A stretch of DNA of 64,000 bases from NCBI GenBank assembly GCA_964539235.1, contig CAZIIK010000050.1:160-64159 (forward strand). The letters run 5' to 3'. The notes beneath the pieces were generated by a model, which was given only the letters and a program-made list of their open reading frames with translations, was not told where the DNA came from and ran no database searches. A program made the position numbers and the translations under genes. Below are positions 58,599 to 64,000 of the stretch, piece by piece (the first letter of the stretch is position 1; each line of letters starts with the position of its first letter). The stretch comes from an uncultured Gammaproteobacteria bacterium. Lineage in GTDB: Bacteria > Pseudomonadota > Gammaproteobacteria > Francisellales > CACEW01.

Positions 58599-59753
58599 TT
58601 AGCTGCGTGGCTTTAGCAGAAAATCATGAATATTGAGCACATCAATATTAGGTTTGTACGCGTCACTTTTTCCACAATACACTAAGAACCCTTGATCATT
58701 TTCTTCCAAATAAGATTCCACATGTCTTAACATTCTGGGATGAAACGTCGCATTATGCTTTACCTCAATTAATTCACGGAACTGTTTCCGGTCAATAATA
58801 ATGTCGATCTCTTCTCCACCATGTGTTCGATAATAATAAACTTCAGCGTTTGACTGTTGATGCCGCTCGCGTTTGACAATTTCGGACATAACATAATTTT
58901 CAAACAAAGCACCACTCATAGGGCCATGCGTATAATGTTCGTACGATTCAATGCCAACCAAATACGAAACTAACCCGGTATCATAGAAGTAAATTTTGGG
59001 CGCCTTCACAAGGCGTTTACCGTAATTGTTAAAATAAGGTGGAACCAAAAACAAAATGTACGAGGCCTCCAGTACAGATACCCAACGCGATACCGTCGAA
59101 ACAGCCACACCCAACGCGCGAGCCAATACTGATAGATTAAGCTGTTGAGATACACTAGCCGCCAACAGATGGATTAGACGTTGAAAATCGCGCAGATCGC
59201 CAATTTTGTGCAACGTCCTAATATCTTTTTCCAAATAAGTTTCCAAGTAGGCGCCATACCACAATCCTCTATTGCGATAGTTTTGCAACACCAGCTCAGG
59301 GTACGAACCTTGCCAAACCGCACTATCTCTCTCTGTCTCGGGCAATTCGGCATATTCCAACGGCAATAGGCATAGATTAACGACTCTACCAGCCAATGAC
59401 TCGGAGATATTTTTCAATAGATTAAACCGATGCGATCCACTGACCACAAGCTTGCCATAGCGCTGCCTATCTTGGTCAACAGCCAACTTAATATATTCAA
59501 ATAGTTCCGGCACCAGTTGCGCTTCATCAAACACCACACGATCAGCATATCTGGCCATAAACGCCACAGGATCATGGTAGAAGCGGCTACGAATATCGGG
59601 TTGATCTAAACGAACCACCTCGTATTGATTCGCCAGTAAGTGGGCAATAATTGTTGACTTACCAGATTGATGTGGCCCCGTTACGGCAACAACCGGGAAC
59701 ATCTCTAATGCCGACAAAAATGTTGGTTCTAATGCACGTTGATAATATGTCAT
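58599..59753 (-). CDS. DUF4143-type AAA ATPase with a PD-(D/E)xK-like C-terminus
   Basis: Start ATG at 59753 (MTYYQRALEP). Walker A TGPHQSGKST, Walker B VVFDEAQ, tail EEIDIIID...LIEVKH. An inverted repeat CTTGAAAT...ATTTCAAG lies just upstream. Confidence 0.8.
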   Translation of the reverse strand: MTYYQRALEPTFLSALEMFPVVAVTGPHQSGKSTIIAHLLANQYEVVRLDQPDIRSRFYHDPVAFMARYADRVVFDEAQLVPELFEYIKLAVDQDRQRYGKLVVSGSHRFNLLKNISESLAGRVVNLCLLPLEYAELPETERDSAVWQGSYPELVLQNYRNRGLWYGAYLETYLEKDIRTLHKIGDLRDFQRLIHLLAASVSQQLNLSVLARALGVAVSTVSRWVSVLEASYILFLVPPYFNNYGKRLVKAPKIYFYDTGLVSYLVGIESYEHYTHGPMSGALFENYVMSEIVKRERHQQSNAEVYYYRTHGGEEIDIIIDRKQFRELIEVKHNATFHPRMLRHVESYLEENDQGFLVYCGKSDAYKPNIDVLNIHDFLLKPRS

Positions 59754-59825
59754 AGCCACACCTTTTACTTGAAATCTTATCATGGCATCGAAATATTTCA
59801 AGTGAAAATACTGCATAACGTCAGA

Positions 59826-61058
59826 TTAATAATGCCGATACCTGGCCAGCAACACGATACCCAATAGCGTAGCCACACAGGCCAACACCAGTGCACCTAC
59901 ACTGTCAACTGTATTCAACCAGACCCCCAAGGCATTAACCAAGGTATTGGCTAGGGCTAAAATAGCGCCGGTAATACCCATTACCCATCCTTGTTTCGTT
60001 TGATCAACCTGGCGTGAAAAGGTGCTAACCAAAAAGGTATAGGCCAAACCAAATGCGGCGTTCAAGGGAATCGTAATGATCCAAATCAACCAGACCCAAG
60101 GCACTATACTGATCAAACCAATACTGATAGCCAACAGCACAAGATTGACCAATATAACGCATCGATGACTCAACCGACTGTGTTCAAAATGCCGCGGCAA
60201 CCAAGCCGTTCCGAGCGCCAAACCAACACCGATGAGTGCCATGTATACACTCACCATGGTGCTATCCAGAGCAAATCGTTTGATCAGCAGCACAGAAATA
60301 AAAAAGTAGTAACCGTTATAACCCATCAGAATAAACAGATAGGCAGTCGACAGCGATCGTACGGTGTTGTGCGTGAAAGCCGACAGCAAGACTTTAATCG
60401 GCTTGGTCAAACTCAATTGTATGCGCCCGTGACGACCTGAGGTTTCAGTAAAACTGTACCCAATCAAAATAAAGTTCATCGCGCTGAGTAATGTCACCAC
60501 ATACAACGGCGTCGTATCTGAAAACCAACTGACCCAGTGACCGTTAGATAAAAAACCACCGATGATTGGTCCACCCACCAAACCTGCACTAAAGAAAAAC
60601 ATCACGTAACCCAGACTTTGCGCGAGCTGATCAGGTGGACTTACATCTGTAATCGCGGCTTGTGCAATCGGTTGGCTACCCGCTGTTAGACCGGCAATCA
60701 TACGCCCAAGCAGTAGCAACCATAAACTGTGAACAATAAATGCGCCTGCCGTGATCAAATAGGCAATGCTGACACCAGCCATACAGATCATCAGCGCTTT
60801 CTTGCGCCCGGTAGTGTCCGATAGATCACCCAAAAATGACGCACCAAACAACCAACTTATGAAGTATACGGCGAACACCGCACCATAAATCAGATTACGA
60901 AAATGACTGTCTCCATATGAAATTAACAGATGGTTCTGTGGATCAATCAGTGCGGTACTCAACAAGGGCATTAAAATTCCAATACCCATCGCATCGATAA
61001 ATAGTACGGTATATAAACTGATTAAAGACCATCTTTGGTGTGACATATTACGCTCCAT
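59826..61058 (-). CDS. MFS transporter (TetA/drug-efflux-like, 12 TM)
   Basis: 410-aa polytopic ORF with the MFS motif GDLSDTTGRKKAL. Confidence 0.8.
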   Translation of the reverse strand: MERNMSHQRWSLISLYTVLFIDAMGIGILMPLLSTALIDPQNHLLISYGDSHFRNLIYGAVFAVYFISWLFGASFLGDLSDTTGRKKALMICMAGVSIAYLITAGAFIVHSLWLLLLGRMIAGLTAGSQPIAQAAITDVSPPDQLAQSLGYVMFFFSAGLVGGPIIGGFLSNGHWVSWFSDTTPLYVVTLLSAMNFILIGYSFTETSGRHGRIQLSLTKPIKVLLSAFTHNTVRSLSTAYLFILMGYNGYYFFISVLLIKRFALDSTMVSVYMALIGVGLALGTAWLPRHFEHSRLSHRCVILVNLVLLAISIGLISIVPWVWLIWIITIPLNAAFGLAYTFLVSTFSRQVDQTKQGWVMGITGAILALANTLVNALGVWLNTVDSVGALVLACVATLLGIVLLARYRHY

Positions 61059-61104
61059 CTTTTTTGTTTTCAGCCAACAACTGGATAACTCATGCCAGCA
61101 TAGC

Positions 61105-61118
61105 GAAACAATTGTTTC
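61105..61118. promoter_or_regulatory. Perfect 14-bp palindrome in the MFS/LysR divergent region
   Basis: GAAACAATTGTTTC lies between the divergent MFS and LysR genes and is a candidate LysR operator. Confidence 0.35.
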
Positions 61119-61165
61119 TTATATATATTCAATAACTAAAATTACTGTTTCATATTAGGAACAAT

Positions 61166-62050
61166 ATGCAGCTTTCAGATCTAGATATTTTCTATCAAGT
61201 GGTCCGCTCGGGTAGCTTCACGCAAGCAGCTGACAGACTGCAATGCTCGAAGGCGCAAGTGAGTCGCCGGGTTACGGCATTAGAACAGCACCTTAAAACC
61301 AAGTTGCTCAACCGCACCACTCGAACCCTGCACCTGACAGAAGCAGGACAGGTGTGTTTTGAGCTGTCGTGTAACGTTCACGATGCAGTGAAGGCCGGTA
61401 TTGATCAGTTAGACCATCTCAATCAACACCCGCAAGGCAAACTTAAAATTTCGCTGCCGCCTGCCTTTGGTGAATATGCCCTCGCACCGCTATGGCCAAA
61501 GTTTTGCCGACAGTATCCAGACATTAACCTCGATGTGCAGCACCACACCCGAGTGGTGAATGTCATTGAAGAAGGCTTTGATGTGGTCTTACGCCGTGCG
61601 CACTTAGCCGACTCCAACCTCATTGCCCAACCGCTGTGCACGCCTCAGCAATGGTTGGTGACCACGCCTCAGTATATTGAACGATATGGAGCCATTAGCC
61701 AATTAGAAGACCTAAGGACCCGACCTTGTCTGACTTACACAGGCCAGCCTGAACACCATTGGCACATCATGGACCATCGTTTATGCCAAGAAATCGCTGT
61801 TCCTATCCACAACGTTTTTCGCGCCAATAGCGTGAATGTCATCCTCGAAATGGTGCTGGCGCAGCAAGGTGCTGCTTTACTACCGGACTTCATGGTGAAG
61901 GACGCTATCGATAAGGGTTCGCTCGTTCGGCACTTGCCACAGATTGAAACCTTAAGCCGGACTGTGCACATTGTGTATCCGTCACGCGACTATTTACCGC
62001 CAAAGACCCAAATGCTGATCACATTCTTAAAGGCACACTTTGCCAACTAA
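61166..62050 (+). CDS. LysR-family transcriptional regulator
   Basis: 294 aa with an N-terminal HTH (GSFTQAADRLQCSKAQVSRRVTALE) and a LysR substrate-binding domain. Confidence 0.85.
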   Translation: MQLSDLDIFYQVVRSGSFTQAADRLQCSKAQVSRRVTALEQHLKTKLLNRTTRTLHLTEAGQVCFELSCNVHDAVKAGIDQLDHLNQHPQGKLKISLPPAFGEYALAPLWPKFCRQYPDINLDVQHHTRVVNVIEEGFDVVLRRAHLADSNLIAQPLCTPQQWLVTTPQYIERYGAISQLEDLRTRPCLTYTGQPEHHWHIMDHRLCQEIAVPIHNVFRANSVNVILEMVLAQQGAALLPDFMVKDAIDKGSLVRHLPQIETLSRTVHIVYPSRDYLPPKTQMLITFLKAHFAN

Positions 62051-62066
62051 TGACAGTTGATAAACA

Positions 62067-62729
62067 CTAACGCACACGGCATAGCGTTAATCCACCACCA
62101 ATGGGAATCATACAAATATCGATGCGGTCATCGCCATGCAATTGGTGGTTAAAGGCAACCAATGCTTTGGCATAAGGGCGGTCACTGTGCACATTCAAAT
62201 CACTAGTGGCCATCACATTATCAACCGCAATAACGCCACCTTGGCGCACTAATTGCAGGCCATATTCAAAATAATTGGGATAATTCAATTTATCGGCGTC
62301 GATAAACATAAAATCAAACTGCCCGGTTTTGCCGGCTTGCACCAATGACTCTAAGGTTTCTAAAGCAGGGGCAATTTTCAGCGTAATCTTGTTAGACACG
62401 CCCGCTTGTTGCCAAAAATCTTGGCCAATACGCGTCCATTCTTCGCTGACATCACAGGTCGTGATATGGCCATCTGCCGGTAATGCCAATGCCATGGCCA
62501 AAGCACTGTACCCCGTAAAACACCCGACTTCTAAAACCTGTTGAGCACCCTGCATTTTGACCAAGAATTGCATGAGCTGCCCTTGGTCTGGTGCGATTTG
62601 CATATTGGAGTCCTGCGTATGCGCATGCGTATGTGCACGCAGCTCGGTTAGCACAGGATGCTCACGCACGGCCGTATCCAAAATATGTTGATAAGCTTCT
62701 GGGGTTAAATGGTGAAATCCACTGCTCAT
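62067..62729 (-). CDS. Class I SAM-dependent O-methyltransferase (caffeoyl-CoA OMT/YrrM-like)
   Basis: 220 aa with the SAM motif VLEVGCFTGYSALAMA and the metal-binding segment FDFMFIDADK. Confidence 0.8.
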   Translation of the reverse strand: MSSGFHHLTPEAYQHILDTAVREHPVLTELRAHTHAHTQDSNMQIAPDQGQLMQFLVKMQGAQQVLEVGCFTGYSALAMALALPADGHITTCDVSEEWTRIGQDFWQQAGVSNKITLKIAPALETLESLVQAGKTGQFDFMFIDADKLNYPNYFEYGLQLVRQGGVIAVDNVMATSDLNVHSDRPYAKALVAFNHQLHGDDRIDICMIPIGGGLTLCRVR

Positions 62730-62782
62730 AATTTTCTCCTTAACATTTTAGGGTGTCGTGACACACAGCATGCCATGTCATG

Positions 62783-63619
62783 TCAATCAGCCGACAAAAC
62801 CTGCTGATAAATAGCTTGGGTGTCTGGCCTCACACCGCGCCAAACAGCAAAAATCTCCGCATTTTGCTCCACCAACATACCGATACCATCCGCGGTTCGT
62901 TGACAACCCTGCTGCTTTGCCCAGGCGATAAACGCGGTATCTGCCTGACGGCCATACATCATGTCATAGCAAAAAGTTTCTGTTTGCAGAATGCTATCTG
63001 GAATGGGCGGCACTTCGCCAGACAAACTGGCGGCGGTGCCATTGATGATCACATCAAATGATTGCGTTAATGCGTCATAAGGCATACAAGTCAACACATC
63101 TGAAGCAAAGCGTTCGCATAAACGTTCGGCCTTGGAAATGGTCCGATTTGCCAAGACAACCAACTGTGGTTGCTGCACCAACACTGTGCCTAAAACACCC
63201 TGCACAGCGCCACCAGCACCGGCCAATAAAATTCGTTTATCCTTTAAATCGATTTGATGACGGCGTTGTAAATCCCACACCATACCCATGCCATCCAAGT
63301 TGTCGCCATACAACACGCCATCGTCACGGAAGTGTAAGTAACTCACCGCACCAGCTTGCTCAGCCAGCGAACTGACCACATCGGCATATTGATAAGCCAT
63401 AGTTTTTAAGGGTAACGTGACATTCAAACCGCATATGTTTTCTGATCTGAATGCCTGCAGCCTGTCAGGCAATTGTTCTGCTGTCACGCGATATCGGTCA
63501 TACGCAATCCTCTGCTGGCACTGGGCAGCAAAAGCCAAATGAATAGCAGGTGATAAACTGTGCGCAACGGGATCACCTATCACGCCATAACGATCATATG
63601 CCGCCACGGTCAAAACCAC
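62783..63619 (-). CDS. aroE: Shikimate dehydrogenase
   Basis: VIGDPVAHSLSP, LNVTLPLK and LLAGAGGAVQGV are AroE-like motifs. Confidence 0.9.
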   Translation of the reverse strand: MVLTVAAYDRYGVIGDPVAHSLSPAIHLAFAAQCQQRIAYDRYRVTAEQLPDRLQAFRSENICGLNVTLPLKTMAYQYADVVSSLAEQAGAVSYLHFRDDGVLYGDNLDGMGMVWDLQRRHQIDLKDKRILLAGAGGAVQGVLGTVLVQQPQLVVLANRTISKAERLCERFASDVLTCMPYDALTQSFDVIINGTAASLSGEVPPIPDSILQTETFCYDMMYGRQADTAFIAWAKQQGCQRTADGIGMLVEQNAEIFAVWRGVRPDTQAIYQQVLSAD

Positions 63620-64000
63620 CTAGTTTGATGAAATGTATTTTTCACGTCTCACGGATTTGGTATCAAAGCCATAAGTTTCCGTCAACAAATTGAAAGCATC
63701 ATCGACCATGTTAGGGTTACCGCATAGATACACCACATCTTGGTCCGCATTGAGATCTAGGTTTTCTAAACTGCTTTGGATATATCCTGAACGCTCATCC
63801 GTTTGTAGTGTTGAAGTTTCACGACTCAGATGGCTGAGATACTGTGCATGCGCTGGATTGTCCTGACAAAATTTCTGAAAATCGTTGGCATATAATAAAT
63901 CCGCACGGTATTGCACGCCTTGTAAAATCACCGCTTGAGTTCCAGCAGAGCAGGTCTTGTGCAACAATGGCAACATAGAGCGGTAGGGGGCAATCCCGGT
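63620..64000 (-). CDS. Ferredoxin-NADP reductase-like oxidoreductase, C-terminal NAD(P)-binding part (partial)
   Basis: The frame stays open to the window end. Upstream codons read TGIAPYRSM, the FNR NAD(P) motif. The C-terminus has YLCGNPNMV. Confidence 0.75.
   Translation of the reverse strand, partial: TGIAPYRSMLPLLHKTCSAGTQAVILQGVQYRADLLYANDFQKFCQDNPAHAQYLSHLSRETSTLQTDERSGYIQSSLENLDLNADQDVVYLCGNPNMVDDAFNLLTETYGFDTKSVRREKYISSN

Overview
The window looks like a chromosomal segment of a Gammaproteobacteria-like genome. Conserved gene strings support this: tRNA-fMet-rimP-nusA-infB-rbfA-truB, secG-tRNA-Leu(GAG)-tRNA-Ser, glyQS, minDE, mnmG and rsmG. Most of it is housekeeping: nhaA; a purine block (purL, purM, purQ fused to PurS-like repeats, purC); an ABC-F ATPase; queC; a stand-alone carB; an arginine regulon (argC-J-B-G-H divergent from an ornithine-aminotransferase-like gene and argR, with ARG-box-like sites between them); cspA-like; glpX-like; gmk; oxyR; ispB; galKT; aroE. 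Small accessory inserts that look AT-richer by eye (not computed) lie between these genes. They include a RES/Xre toxin-antitoxin pair, five orphan P-loop NTPase plus winged-helix genes (three of them DUF4143-type with a PD-(D/E)xK-like tail), an ATPase plus ATP-grasp ligase operon, and several orphan secreted or membrane ORFs. At least three genes are disrupted by frameshifts (a DUF4143 ATPase, an NDH-2-like oxidoreductase, a GFA-family gene), and one antitoxin remnant is present. Non-coding structure includes a dispersed REP-like hairpin family, one copy apparently nested inside another, and two long nested-palindrome elements. I saw no CRISPR array, rRNA, transposase or integrase, and I cannot point to one clearly novel multi-gene system. 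The best leads are the translationally coupled queC plus PAPS-reductase-like pair, the chimeric signal-peptide-GlpX ORF, the ATPase plus L-amino-acid-ligase-like operon, the NTPase with a degenerate P-loop, and the apparently mobile hairpin repeats. All functional calls come from reading motifs by eye, with no database search.
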